DNA of 64,000 nt from Octopus vulgaris (GCA_951406725.2 OX597814.1:196168001-196232000), one strand, 5' to 3'; counted from the first letter of the stretch, positions 26,405 to 42,356 are shown. The notes: generated from the letters alone by a model not told the origin. A program made the numbers and translations.

Positions 26405-27134
26405 ATTGATAAGTTTTATTTCAAGATTTCTTGGAAATAGAGAAAGAGTCGGTTTCTAACCTAGCTCCAAGGCCCTCTCATTGGAATTTCAACATAATCA
26501 ACAGGGTATTTTTGTACGTATGTATGTATGTTAGTATGTATGTAAATACGCATGTATGTATTTATGGATGCAGATATGTATGTTTTGTTTTATGGATGCC
26601 TTCTTGTGCAAATAGTTGCATATTTAAACAGGATCATATATATTTAAAAGCTAAACTTCTGGAAGGTTTTACAAGTTTTTATAGTTCCAGTGATGGATTG
26701 GATCTGCAGTATTCGAATTAGCTTTCTCCTTTCTGGTTTTGAGAAGCCTAATTTCTCAAGATTGGTATTTAGGCAGTGTTACATATCCCAATAATTACAG
26801 GTATAAAACTGAACTTGTAATCGGGATAGAGTAACTGCAGGTTTCCCAATAGTTCAGCATAGGTACTCTCTTTTTCACTGAGTTTCAGATTCATGTTAAC
26901 ATCCGCTGGGCAGCTAATTTCCACAACTCTGCACAGTTACTCTTCTCTATCCGAAATCATTATATTAGGTCTGTTGTGTTTACATTTTATTAAGGTCTTT
27001 ACTGAGACATTCCACATGTACTCCTTTTTAATATGAGTGGCTATACCTTCTTCCATACTGTGGGTTCGTATTTCTTTGTTCCCGGAGTTATCTTTCCGAC
27101 GGATTTCCCTATAGAGTGTCCTAGCTATAACATC
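26405..27134 (-). mobile_element. 5'-truncated RLE-clade LINE of a different subfamily, ending in AATAAA and (CATA)n
   Basis: Minus-strand translation DVIARTLYREI...WNVSVKTLIKCKHNRPNIMI...VVEISCPAD..EKESTY..L..LYPDYKFSFIPVIIG...LQIQSITGTIKTCKTF* (stop at 26644-26646). Absent from the ORF track because of an in-frame stop and a deletion. Confidence 0.8.
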
Positions 27135-27247
27135 TCTGTTGTTTTTAGCCCCAGGAAATCATATCCTCCAGTTGGCTAACGACACACTATATCCGATTAG
27201 TATTTGCGAGGGCAGGACATCGCTTCTATCTCTAACCTTATGTGATA

Positions 27248-27292
27248 CACACAGACCCGGGTTTCTGAGTAGTTGCTCGTCTTCAGCGTGTG
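27248..27292 (-). ncRNA. Type I hammerhead ribozyme, canonical core, GUC cleavage triplet
   Basis: Minus strand CACACG-CTGAAGA-CGAG-CAACTA-CTCA-GAAA-CCCGGG-TC-TGTGTG. Confidence 0.75.
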
Positions 27293-27384
27293 ACAATAAC
27301 CAGCTAGTGATGAAAACTCATTCCACTCACAAAAATACTATATGCTTTTTCCATAGATGACGATGTGACTGTTATATTAGCCCC

Positions 27385-27706
27385 AGGATCGCGATTCCGA
27401 TTCTCAGATTGTTTATTGAGTGAAAACACCTAAAATTCGACGAGGCTCTGTCAGGGGTAGGTGGCGAACCCAGCTGTACTCTTTCACCACAATTTTCTCT
27501 CAATCTTTCTTCCTGTTTCTGTGGTACCTGTATTTCAAAGGGCCAGCCTCGTCACACTCTGTGTCACGCTGAATCTCCCCGAGAACTACGTTAAGGATAC
27601 AGGTGTCTGTGGAGTGCTCAGCTACTTGCACATTAATTTCATGAGCAGGCTGTTCTGTTGATCGGAACAACTGTACCCCCTCGTCGTCGCAACCGACAGA
27701 GTGCCA
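27385..27706 (+). mobile_element. SINE family C (partial head), tail type ii
   Basis: Matches 54222-54606. Confidence 0.8.
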
Positions 27707-27833
27707 CAATATGTGGCAAGTGTCAATAATCCAGATGAGACAGAATAAATTCTGAAGAACCAAGACTTTTCCAAATTTGATAAGCCATTAAAAAAAAAAA
27801 TGAGAGCTTGACTGCTAGGAAACAAGAGCATTA

Positions 27834-27875
27834 CATGGATACGTATTTCTGCTCCTTGGGCTTCATCAGTTCAGC
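27834..27875 (-). ncRNA. Minimal hammerhead motif, helix I decayed
   Basis: Minus strand CTGATGA-AGCCCAAGGAGCA-GAAA-TACGTA-TC. Confidence 0.5.
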
Positions 27876-27972
27876 TTATTTTCGGAAGATGTATCACTTA
27901 GACATATACAAAGATTGTAGAAAACGTTTATGGCCTCAGGGGTTCTTATAAATGAGAGTAAAAAGAGATATC

Positions 27973-29801
<1,829 letters not shown>

Positions 29802-30509
29802 AATTTCTCTCTCTTTCTGTATATGGTCGCATATATATGTATATATATATATATAGCTACATATACAGCATATCTGTGTATGTGCGTGTTTGTCGACGTA
29901 CACATTACTATTTAGACTTGTACGTTAATTTCTACATAAATTTGCATATAAATACGTGGACATATTCATAAAAATATTCATTCATACGCGAAGTTAAATT
30001 TATGTAGACAGACTGATGTTTCACCTACAATAGGTATGTATAAACCTATCATGTATATATGTGTGTGTATATATATATATATGTGTGTGTGTGTTGTGTG
30101 TGTGTGTGTGTTTGTATGTATTTGTGTGTCTCTGTGTGTGTATTTGTATTTACATGACGTTTCCCATATAATGATATATATTATATATTCAGACAAATCA
30201 GACACACATACTAAGGTGTACTTCAGAATATATCAAACATTATTTCTACATATATATTACATTATCTTATAGCTTCCAATCTAAAGATTATGGTCGCAAC
30301 ATCTTAGAAACGTATATACATATACTGTCATCTGAAACGAAATGATTAAGTGCTTGGCAATATATCTCGCTGTTTTTTCCTTGTCATTGTAAAGGAGTTG
30401 ATAAGAATGCATGTCTTCGTCTCATTATGAATTGTAATTTGTCAGGAGAGCAGCATCTAAGAAACGTGTAACACAGATATATACTAGTTAATCAGAAAAT
30501 TGCATACAT

Positions 30510-30779
30510 TTCAGGAAACATTTTTTCACGCTGAGAGTTGCTGAAGCATGGAACAAACTGCCGGCATCAGTTGTTAGTTGTCGGAGCACTGCATCCTTCA
30601 AAACTTCCATGCTTCCTGAGATTCGCCAACACTACACGTGATTTTCTACCCTACATACACACACAAGCATGTATCTGACTCATACATTGTTCGCTTTCCA
30701 GACATTTCTACGTTACTGCATGTACTTTATATGCACTTTCTGACATGTTGTGTGCACCTGAGTACTGTACACAATAATT

Positions 30780-30811
<32 letters not shown>
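30510..30811 (+). mobile_element. CR1/L2-type LINE 3' end with (ATT)n tail
   Basis: FRKHFFTLRVAEAWNKLPASVV...SFK motif, then a UTR and (ATT)n. Confidence 0.8.
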
Positions 30812-31156
30812 TGTTGTACACATATTGTATTTTTTGATATTTAAAATAAGTGTATTTCTTTTTTGTATTTGCTCTACCAGACTCTTGATGTGAACTCGTG
30901 TGTTGAAACATATTTCGTTGTATCTCGAGAGGATCCTTATGCCCATGATAAACGCACTCACTTCACACCAAGAACCATGTGAATCAAATACAAAAGCGAA
31001 ATATTCTAAGATATAGTCAAGCTAGTAAGAGATTGCAAAACACAGTTTTGTTGTCTCAAGAGAAGTTCGTGACAGCTTTATTTCAAATATGAATGCTTCA
31101 ACTCCAGATTTTTTGTTTTTTACCAAACCCATCAATTCGGCAGTAAGGTAACTAAC

Positions 31157-31387
31157 CTATTTCTTTACTACCCACAAGAGGCTAAACACGGAAGGGACAA
31201 ACAAGGACGGACAAACGGATTAAGTCGATTATATCGACCTCAGTGCGTAACTGGTACTTATTTAATCGACCCCGAAAGGATGAAAGACAAAGTCGACCTC
31301 GGCGGAATTTGAACTCAGAACGTAGCGACAGACGAAATACTGCTGAGCACTTCGCCCGGCGTGCTATCGTTTCTGCCAGCTCACCAG
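31157..31387 (-). mobile_element. SINE family A
   Basis: Family match. Confidence 0.85.
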
Positions 31388-32283
31388 AGCGTGTGTTTAT
31401 TATTGACACAATGAGCAATCCGAGATACCAAAATTACTGACGATCTGCTAGACACTGTAATAGTTTCGGGATCCATATTCACTGCATGCCCTTGCAAAGA
31501 GGGAATTGTTATAACCCCGTGTGATGTAATTTTATAAGGGAAGTGGCATCTCTCATTAGCAAGATTTCCAGCAAGCTGGCGGTAAAGGAGCCCCCCAACG
31601 GCTGATACAATTGACTATGAGCTATAAAGGCTCGAGCAACAGAAATGAAGCAACTTCCCAGGATGCAACTCGGCGCTCCATCCAGGAATCGAACCATGAA
31701 CATACACTTGTGAGTGTGACTGCCTATAGTTAAGTGACACTCCTTCTGAGACCGGAAATATGGACAGGTAAATGTGTAAAGAAAAAAACCGTAATTTTTA
31801 ATGGGGTTTCGACATGTAACATAATGGTTTCAAATTTTGGCATAACCGTAATTTTCATGGGGTTTTCGACGTGTAACATAATGGCCCCTAACTATATGAG
31901 GTTTTATTTCAAATGCTGGCAATGCAGTGATCTTCGCTACTACGACTACAATGGTACTGGCTATTCCGTAATGTCAGGTGGTGTATAAGATGATATCATA
32001 TGCTGTGAGAAGAGAGATTTGTGATTATTTGTTTAAAAGGCCCGGCTCCAGTTTTCTGTATTTACTTCTCGTAATGTCTCAAGGGGTTACACTATTAGAG
32101 AGATTCCATCAAAATATCATCAAATTTATTTGGAACCTCTCTCTCTCTCTCTGTTTCTCTCTCTCTTTCGCACACACACGCACACACACACACACAAACA
32201 CACATATATATATATATTTGTAATTCAATGAGGATTACAGTTTTTGAAGTTTAAGGGTGATTTTAAAAAATTGTTATGAAATA

Positions 32284-32445
32284 GGCGCAGGAGTGGCTGT
32301 GTGGTAAGTAGCTTGCTAACCAACCACATGGTTCCGGGTTCAGTCCCACTGCGTGGCATCTTGGGCAAGTGTCTTCTGCTATAGCCCCGGGCCGACCAAT
32401 GCCTTGTGAGTGGATTTGGTAGACGGAAACTGAAAGAAGCCTGTC

Positions 32446-32486
<41 letters not shown>

Positions 32487-32720
32487 GTATGCATGTGTGT
32501 GTTTGTGTGTCTGTGTTTGTTCCCCTAGCATTGCTTGACAACCGATGTTGGTGTGTTTACGTCCCCGTCACTTAGCGGTTCGGCAAAAGAGACCGATAGA
32601 ATAAGTACTGGGCTTACAAAGAATAAGTCCCGGGGTCGATCTGCTCGACTAAAGGCGGTGCTCCAGCATGGCCGCAGTCAAATGACTGAAACAAGTAAAA
32701 GAGTAAAAGAGTAAGAGTAA
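32284..32720 (+). mobile_element. SINE family B, full length, with internal (TA)n
   Basis: tRNA-like head tggctgtgtggtaag..gggttcagtccc, internal microsatellite, (gagtaaaa)n tail. Confidence 0.9.
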
Positions 32721-32823
32721 ATCTATTATATGTTGCTAACCCCTTTTGGTAACAATTTTTTCTAGTATGTGAGCGCTTCCGTTAAAACTTTTCTGCACGT
32801 GCTCTCAAAGAGCGAACTATTCT

Positions 32824-32854
<31 letters not shown>

Positions 32855-33111
32855 TAAATATGTATTATATATATGCTTGCATGTATGTATGTATGTATGT
32901 ATGTATGTATGTATATATGTAGGTATATATGTATGTATGCATGTATGTATGTATGTATGTATGTATGTATGTACGTGTCGGTGAACTTCATGCCTACCTG
33001 TTTCTATATATGTTTACAGACTGGACACTTAAATATTATGCGTGCCTGTGTGTGCATATGCATGTATATGCGTTTATATGTAAGGAGTATGTATATGCGC
33101 CTGTTTGTACA

Positions 33112-33142
<31 letters not shown>

Positions 33143-33144
33143 CG

Positions 33145-33628
<484 letters not shown>

Positions 33629-34351
33629 GCAAATATATACATATAGATAGATAGATAGATACATGTATGTATACACACAAACACACACATACACACACAG
33701 TACATATATATATGTGTGTGAATTATTTGCGTAGTTTAATAAGTGTGTATATCTGTATGTGGGTGTACATTTATAAGTGTTTATGTATGTATACGTCTGG
33801 GTAGGTCTGCTTGTGAATATGCTCTTTTCTGTGGTATAATGGACTCCACTCGCCCACGCATATTTCAACAGACTACAATTTTAGTAACTGGTTTTCCTTG
33901 CATTTCGTGTTGTTTCGATATGGCGTCTCATACTAATTTCTCGGACGTGTCTTTCGTCGTTTTGTTTACGTTTGGTGTGTTTTAATCAATGTTTACGTCT
34001 CAACAAATCTCATTCTGATTTACATGTATCTCCAATCTTCTATGTCTATTTCGTTGTTGTTTAACACCGACATAAAAGAAAATTTCTTTGCAGAATTTGT
34101 CCCGATCGATTATTAATTTTGTAGTCATATTTGGACAAAGCTGGAGGCTGGTAATCAAACATTTGCTGTTTGTAATCTGAGTAATGTTTCTGGAAACATG
34201 GGCATGAAAAAACCCCCAGCTGAATGGCTACCAAAATCAACCTAAGGGCTGCAGAGAAAGCCTCTCGATAGCTTTGGTTGACAGGTGATGAACAGTGATG
34301 TCAGTGGAATACAGTTTGAATACAGGCTTGTGCCGGATCAACCTAAATCGG

Positions 34352-34465
34352 ACTATCGCGGGTGTTACGACTATCGCGGGTGTTACGTTTTAGTACACCC
34401 TACGATACGTGAAAATCCGTGAAGTAGAAACAGTACTGTATATATAATTTTTACTTTTATAAGTG
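34352..34465 (+). mobile_element. Tigger-like MITE left-end fragment
   Basis: Nearly identical to 35238-35335, with an 18-bp internal duplication. Confidence 0.55.
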
Positions 34466-34833
34466 TATGTTGCAAGACCAGAAATACCCAGAGATCCCAG
34501 GATGCAACGCTGATGATGTGTTCAAGTATTGCTCATGTGGATGTATATTGAACGAAAGGGCATTTGTTTTTTGTTATACTCATATCACATGAATCTCGGA
34601 AAAAACAGAAACAACAACAAACAAACGCTTATCTTCTATCGATGACTGTCTTCAGTCATTGAAGTGCAGACATGCTGAGGCACGACTTTTAGGGTTTAGT
34701 AGAGTAAACTGATCCCGCTGCTTATTTTGTTTTTTAAAGTATTGTGTTTATACTAGCGGGTTTCTTTATGCCGAACCGCTAAGTAATCGAATCGTAAAGA
34801 AACTGAAATCGGTTATGAGTCGGTAGTGGAGGA

Positions 34834-34866
<33 letters not shown>

Positions 34867-35223
34867 CACACACACACACAACACACACACATACCTGCAA
34901 ACACCCACACACCCACACCCACCCACGCACGCACTCACTCACTCACACACACATACACACACGAAAAGACATATACAACGGGGTTCTAAATAATTTCCAT
35001 CCGTCAAATTCACTCAAACACATTAAAAGGCATTAATGGCTCCCGCTGCTTTAGAAGATAACAATTGCCAAAGGTGCTGCAGGATAGGACTGGATCAGAA
35101 TGGATTTAGTTGCGAAGCAAACTTCTTAAGGTGACCTCCACGCCTGACTCTAGCCGTGGTTGTGTGGTAAGATGCTCGCTTCCGAGCATCGTGGGTAGTC
35201 TTGGTTTCAGTTTCTTTTTGAGG

Positions 35224-35340
35224 TACAGTAATCCCACGACTATCGCGGGTGTTACGTTCTAGTACACCCTACGATACGTGAAAATCCGTGAAGTAGAAAC
35301 AGTACTGTACATATATTTTATTTTTACTTTTATAATTTGT
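35224..35340 (+). mobile_element. Tigger-like MITE left end
   Basis: Starts TA-cagtaatccc, complementary to the end at ~11610. Confidence 0.6.
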
Positions 35341-35770
35341 AATGTAGTGGGAATATATGGTCAATACAAGGTGTTGATGTGGCTGCGTGTACGCTATTAC
35401 CACAGTTCGTAAAGAAATGAAGAATAAATTCAAGACCTATATATTTACTACAAAAGAATATATTTTATTTACTAGTCGATTATGACACACAGAATCAAAA
35501 TGTAGAATCTAGTTGAATCAAATAATCTATGCAAGAAAGTTCAGATATAGAAAATGTAGAAATAACAGCTAAGTGCTGGTTTCCAGTCATGCGGCGTAGA
35601 GAAATAGACGAACATAGCAATGACATAAATGGCTCTAAATTTAATTGACTAAGAAGTGAAGAGCAGGGTTAGCAAGCTGTTTTAATTAATGGAACTCTAG
35701 ACATTCTAGAAACTAACAAGAGAAACGCTAAGCTTCTTGAACAACTAAGAATCACGTCTCATGACACAGA

Positions 35771-36065
35771 TGCCTAGTACTTATTCTATCGGTGTCTTTT
35801 GCCGAACCGCTAAGTTACGGGGACGTAAACACACCATCATCGATTGTCAAGAGATGTTGGGGGGACAAACATATACACACACGTACATATATATATATAT
35901 ATATATATGCATATATACGACGGGCTTCTTTCAGTTTCCGTCTACCAAGCCCCCTCACAAGGCTTTGGTCGGCCCGAGGCTATAGTAGAAGACACTTGCC
36001 CAAGGTGCCATGCAGTGGGACTGAACCCAGAATCAATCTACTTACCTCACAGCCACTCCTACGCC
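35771..36065 (-). mobile_element. SINE family B
   Basis: Family match. Confidence 0.85.
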
Positions 36066-36075
36066 TATATATATT

Positions 36076-36123
<48 letters not shown>

Positions 36124-36188
36124 TATATATAGAGAGAGAGAGAGTTGGAGTAATAAAGAGAAAGAGAGATACATATATAAAATATGTT

Positions 36189-36242
<54 letters not shown>

Positions 36243-36445
36243 TGCATATATATTTATATCCAAAATTTATATTTCGAAATATTTGTCGACGCTTAATGGA
36301 GGAAAGAAAAAGAAAAAAAAAAGAAATATTTGTAATAACCAGGTACAAGAGGATTTCTGACGAGATTTACACAAACGTCAAAGTTTATAAAACTAAAGCG
36401 CATTGATAGCGCAGGAAATTATAATGTGATTACTTATGTTACTTT

Positions 36446-36508
<63 letters not shown>

Positions 36509-36919
36509 ACACACATATATATATAAACAGTCAACTATAATTTCAGTTATAACGATAGCTGAAATAGTTTATCTCCTATGCAAAGAAAAAATATATATCT
36601 ATGTTGTATACAGCTTTTCAATTATGGTGGTGACAAAAAAATTATTTTGATATAAAAAGCCGGAAGAACAGACTCACACGTCAGAGACATTTGTTATTTG
36701 TGTAACATAAACTATAGACATATTATACATACGTATATATTATATACGGATGTTTCTGCATATATATATATAATGTCACTATACACATTTGAAACCGCAT
36801 TAGATTAAAATAATGACATGTAGAACATTAAAAAACAAAAACCAGAAATTAATACACCTAGCTTTGTACTAAGAGTGTACATTCTAACTAATATATATAT
36901 CAGTGCGTATACGTATATA

Positions 36920-36958
<39 letters not shown>

Positions 36959-37232
36959 TGCATGTTGGTCTGGTGCGTGGGCATGTATGTATATTTATAT
37001 ATGTATATATATGTGTATGTATATATATGTATATATGTATATATGTATACATATATATATACATATATATATACATATACATATATATATACATAAATAT
37101 ATACGTATATACATATATATATATATACATACATATACATATATATATATACACATATATATACATATATATATATATTATATATATATGTATGTATATG
37201 GATATATATGAATATATATATATGTGTGTATA

Positions 37233-37296
<64 letters not shown>

Positions 37297-37995
37297 CATA
37301 TATTTTATTTGTATATTTGTAGTTTACATATATTTATATAGTTATAAATATACATGCACGTATAGATAAATATATACGTGTGTGTGTGTCTGTTTGTGTG
37401 CATGTTTGCATGTCCGTGTGTATATATTTGTGTGTGTGTGTTTCTGTATGTATGTATGTGTGTGTACGTGTATTTCTGTCCCTCTGTTCTTTGTACGTAT
37501 AAGTTCGTCGCAACACATCCAACATTAATTTTAAATATAAACATATAAATGTTTATAATTTGATGTGGAAATGGATGTTCTGTCGAGTACTCTCACATTC
37601 ATTTCTTTTTGTTTTTGCTTTTCATACACTTTCGAAGTTAATAGTCAACTCCACAGGAAAGTACGAATTCAGTTATACGTAGATAATAAATAGGTGATTT
37701 ACTGCCTTTGTATTATTTATAGGAGAAAGCTATTAAAAATTATGCTATCTATTTACAAATAAGGCAAGTATTTTTTTTTTACCAATTATATAAAGTTTAA
37801 CTAGTGATAAAATCACTACAAATACGTAAAACATACAATGTATATAAGAGTGTTTGTGTATATAAATTGATATTTATTGTATGTGTGTATATATTAATAT
37901 TTATTGTGCGTGTATGTGAATATTACTAGTAACTGTTAAAGGTGACGATCGAAACATGGACCGTGCAGGCAAATTTATTGGTATATATATATTCT

Positions 37996-38230
37996 GTTAT
38001 TCTTTTATTTGTATCAGTCGTTTGACTGCGGCCATGCTGGAACACGGTCTTTAGTCGACCAAATCGACGCCAGGACTTGTTCTTTATAAGACTGGTACTT
38101 ATTGAATCGGGCTCTTTTGCCGAACCGCTACGTTACAGGGACGCAAACTTTCCAACATCGGTTGTCAAGCGAAGGTGGTGGTGGTGGGGAACAGCCACAG
38201 GCACAAACACACACAAACATATACATATAT
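37996..38230 (-). mobile_element. SINE family B, 3' half
   Basis: Family match. Confidence 0.8.
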
Positions 38231-38376
38231 ATATATATATATACAATTATTATATGTAGAAAAATACAAACTGGGACAAGAACGCAAATCACTTAGAAGA
38301 CGATACAAAAAACACGGACGGGACATTCGAAGCCCTCAATCTTCAGTCAAGAACCGGATCATCGTAGCAATTTCGG

Positions 38377-38407
<31 letters not shown>

Positions 38408-38521
38408 CTATATATATATATATGTATGTATATATATATATGTACATATATAAATATCTATAAATGTATATATACACACATATATATGTATATATAAATA
38501 TAAATGTATATATATATACAT

Positions 38522-38565
<44 letters not shown>

Positions 38566-38841
38566 TTTTACAGATATATTCAATTTTGGGGGATTAATCG
38601 ATATGTTGAATGTAAACACACATACATACATGTATATACGAATATATATATAATTATGGTACTGTAAAGTACCATCTTTGTTAGAAATAGGAGTCAAATG
38701 CACCCCTAAACTACATTGAGCTCACTTAAAACAAGCATGGTAAAAGGCAGACGGCGAATAAAAATTACGTGTCTTACTCCGCGAATATATACACATATAT
38801 CTATACACACAAACTTATTATTTTTTTTTTTTTTTTTTTTT

Positions 38842-39060
38842 GTACTTGTTTCAGTCATTTGACTGCGGCCATGCTGGAGCACCGCCTTTAGAGTGGTGAA
38901 AGAGTACAGCAGGGATCACCACCATCCCCTGCCGGAGCCTCGTGGAGCTTTTAGGTATTTTTTCGCTCAATAAACACACACAACGCCCGGTCTGGGAATC
39001 GAAACCGCGATCCTCCGACCGCAAGTCCGCTGCCCTAACCACTAGGCCATTGCGCCTCCA
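38842..39060 (-). mobile_element. Chimeric SINE: family C head joined to the family B 3' terminus
   Basis: On the minus strand the C head runs to tactctttcaccactc, then continues directly as taaaggcggtgctccagcatggccgcagtc, then poly(A). Confidence 0.75.
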
Positions 39061-39083
39061 CATATATATGTATGCATATACAC

Positions 39084-39163
<80 letters not shown>

Positions 39164-39260
39164 GTTTGTCTGCCTGTCTATCTAACTATCCATCTGTATA
39201 CAGCTATGTTGACGCAAACAGGAAAATAAAACTGAAAATATGAATATATGTGTAATTTTA

Positions 39261-39823
39261 TTGGGTTGTCCGGGAAGTTCGTGCCGATTTATAGCAGTTT
39301 ACCTTTCGACTTATTTTAGAACATGGTTGTGTCCATAAAATAGGATTTGACTACACCTCCATTTAGAGCATAGTTTAAGCTATCTTTTCGTGGAAGAAGG
39401 TTTATGTTCCTATAACCTGTGTTAATTCTATTATCCTTTAAAATAGAAGATATGAAAGTTCATTTTCAGCACTTGGTGCTTTGGGAACCAGACAAAAATA
39501 GCTTTAGCTCGGCTGAGATGTTTTACCCCACTCTCAATATTCACCAGATATTGGTCCTTCGGATTTCCCCTTATTCAGGTCTCTGCAGAATAGTCTTAAT
39601 GGTAAAAATTTCAGTCCCTTGGATGACGTATAAAGATTCCTTGATGAATTCTTTGCCATGAAACCGCCTCAATTCTGGGAAGAGGGTATTTTCAAGTTAA
39701 AGGAAAGATGGAGACGCATTGTGCAACAAAATGGTTCATATTTGGTTGATTAATGTAAAGGCAAGTATTTATTGACCTTTTTCTTTCCTTTAATAATCGG
39801 CACGAACTTTCCGGACAACCCAA
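39261..39823 (+). mobile_element. Non-autonomous mariner (Tc1/mariner) internal-deletion derivative
   Basis: ~29-bp TIRs ttgggttgtccgggaagttcgtgccgatt / aatcggcacgaactttccggacaacccaa with TA on both sides; transposase remnants KVHFQHLVLWE, YSPDIGPSD, LFRSLQNSL, GIFKLKERWRRIVQQNGSY. Confidence 0.92.
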
Positions 39824-39842
39824 TATTAATATTTAGTGGTGA

Positions 39843-39951
39843 TAACAGAGTGAATGAAGGCCTGATCGTTTCGTGCGCTGGCACTTATCAAATTGGTTCA
39901 GCTTGATAAGTGCCAACGCACGGAACTCTCGGACGTTGAGTCACTCTGTTA
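39843..39951. repeat. Imperfect ~110-bp palindrome (MITE-like)
   Basis: taacagagtga..cgtgcgctggcacttatcaa / ttgataagtgccaacgcacg..tcactctgtta. Confidence 0.7.
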
Positions 39952-40029
39952 CTTATGCTAAAATAACGACAGCAGTAACTTATATGTAGTAGCGTTGTGA
40001 ATGGGTGTTGAGGCGGTTGCTCGACAGCT

Positions 40030-40500
40030 CAAATGCGGAGTAAGATACCTTCACTTTGCAAAAGCTTATGATAAAGTTCATCATGGTGTGATACGCCACT
40101 AACTGCGTGATCATGGCATAGATGGAAAACCCGGAAAGTTGTTGCATGATTTTCTGAAAGGTAGAATTCAGGCAGTGGTGTCCAATGGTGCCACGTCAAA
40201 GGAAGCACAGGTAATGAGTGGTATTTCACAAGGTACTGTCTTAGGACCGCTGTTTTTCATGGTGACCCTCTCAGATATGCTCCCAGCTACCCGGATAACC
40301 ACCCTTGCTAGCTATGCAGACGACACGAGAGTCTTGTAGAAGATACAACACCCTAGGGATGTTGCACGCCTGCAGCAGGAGTTGGATGCAATTTACAGAT
40401 GGGCTGAGGGCAATAATATGCAGCTTAATGCTCGAAAATCCCAAGCCCCGCGCTACTAGTACCCGATAGTGAACGAAAACATACAGAGTACACTGTACAA
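40030..40500 (+). mobile_element. CR1-type LINE reverse transcriptase fragment (pseudogenised)
   Basis: FAKAYDKVHHG, SGISQGTVLGPLFF, SYADDT motifs with stops. Confidence 0.88.
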
Positions 40501-40620
40501 TCCCAGAAGCAAATTCTATTTGGCAAGTTCGAGAAACGAACAAAAGCGCTAAGAATAACGAATTTTTTCTAAAAGTCTGATGACTTTGTTTATGTATATA
40601 TATATATATATATATATTTA

Positions 40621-41144
40621 TGAGTAAGAAAGAGGTACAGGTGTCATTTCATTACCGCTGTTTCAAGCAAATCAATTAATTGATTAATAAAAACATTACA
40701 TCATTGGAAAGAAACCGTTTTCGTCAGATGGCTGCATACATTTCAAATGCAAAGGACAGTTGGCCTGTCCTTTGCATTTAAAGTCTATGCAGTCATCTGA
40801 CGAAAAAGGTTTATTTGCAATGATGTAATGTTTTTATTAATCTATAAAAGGAGTCGATTGAAACGGCCGTAATGTATTGACACCTGTACATCTTTGTTAC
40901 TCATTCATATTTTATTCACCTACCCTGGAATCTGCACTGCGGAAATATTCTGGAAAGTATTTTTCTGTATAAAGTACAGGTCTGAACAACCAAGAGCAGG
41001 TTTCTTCACTAAGTTGGGTCGTTTTATCTGCATAAAATTCAATACTATCAACTGCTAACACTTCTGCTCATAGTTTGATACTTACGTGATTTTGCTTGGG
41101 TGTGCAAATTAGATCGATCTAACAAGGTGCCTCAGTTTAATTAC

Positions 41145-41146
<2 letters not shown>
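40621..41146. mobile_element. Penelope-like fold-back (palindrome 40621-40904, centre ~40762) between (TA)n tracts
   Basis: ~140-bp arms, each carrying a hammerhead-like motif. Confidence 0.7.
40792..40881 (+). ncRNA. Hammerhead motif with a ~56-nt helix II region
   Basis: CAT-CTGACGA-[56 nt]-GAAA-CGGCCG-TA-ATG; mirror copy on the minus strand at 40650-40730. Confidence 0.5.
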
Positions 41147-41207
<61 letters not shown>

Positions 41208-41338
41208 ATGTATGTATATACTCATTACAGATATAGGGTAAAGAATTATTAATTTAATAATTAAAATATTTTACCAAGTAGTTTCGGTATGGCAAAAGAA
41301 CCATTATCGGTAGAAATTTTTACAAAAATTATTTTTAT

Positions 41339-41561
41339 ATATAATTAAATATAATTAAGGGTTTAGCAACAATATTTGTAACTCACATAAGCAAATAGAA
41401 GAAAAAATAACGAAATTTATTCTTCTTTTTGCCTATGTGAGTTATAAATACTGTTATCTGTGGAGTCATATCTGTAGTGAAAGGGACTTAGCTGTCTTTG
41501 GCTGCTATTTCTAAATTTTCCGTACGTGGTGAATCAACTTGTTGCTAGACCCTTAATTATA

Positions 41562-41571
<10 letters not shown>
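41339..41571. repeat. Nested inverted repeats, Penelope-like remnant
   Basis: 41339-41372/41539-41571 plus an inner pair ~41373-41403/41420-41450; (TA)n flanks. Confidence 0.65.
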
Positions 41572-41612
<41 letters not shown>

Positions 41613-41805
41613 ACATACATGCACACAAATACGCTATAGATGTGAGTCTGTATGTGTGTGCGTTTGTGTGTGTGTGATTTTCTTGCCATTGCGAAACCTC
41701 TTTGGTTACAATATGCACTAGAATATATTCGGTAAAACTTTTTTTATGCGGAAAACATTTTTTTATTTGATAACATTTTTCTATGAGAAAAAGTTTTTAG
41801 CCACA

Positions 41806-41857
<52 letters not shown>

Positions 41858-42078
41858 GCTTCTAAAGACATACACACATATATATATAAATATATATTTT
41901 TGCAGTAAAACTGTTTTGTGTTATACGGAAACACTATTTTCTATCTTCATTTTCATATGCATAGAAATGTAATGGAAATATTTACATCTTATTTGATAAA
42001 AATAAAATGTTTTATTCAAATATATGTATACAAACACACACACACTCACAGCCATATATACATATACATTTATATATT

Positions 42079-42167
<89 letters not shown>

Positions 42168-42356
42168 ATATATGTATATATGTATCTATGTATGTAGACA
42201 TATATTCATCACTGTATAGGCTAGACAATCGGATGTTGTTATATACTGCTGGTCACCATGCACTTTCTCGCACTGATGCTACCCGATTTGCTAGGTGTGT
42301 AAGACAACATTCCTTTTCCAGAGAATGCCAGTCCATCGCAGAGTTAGCCATTTAGA

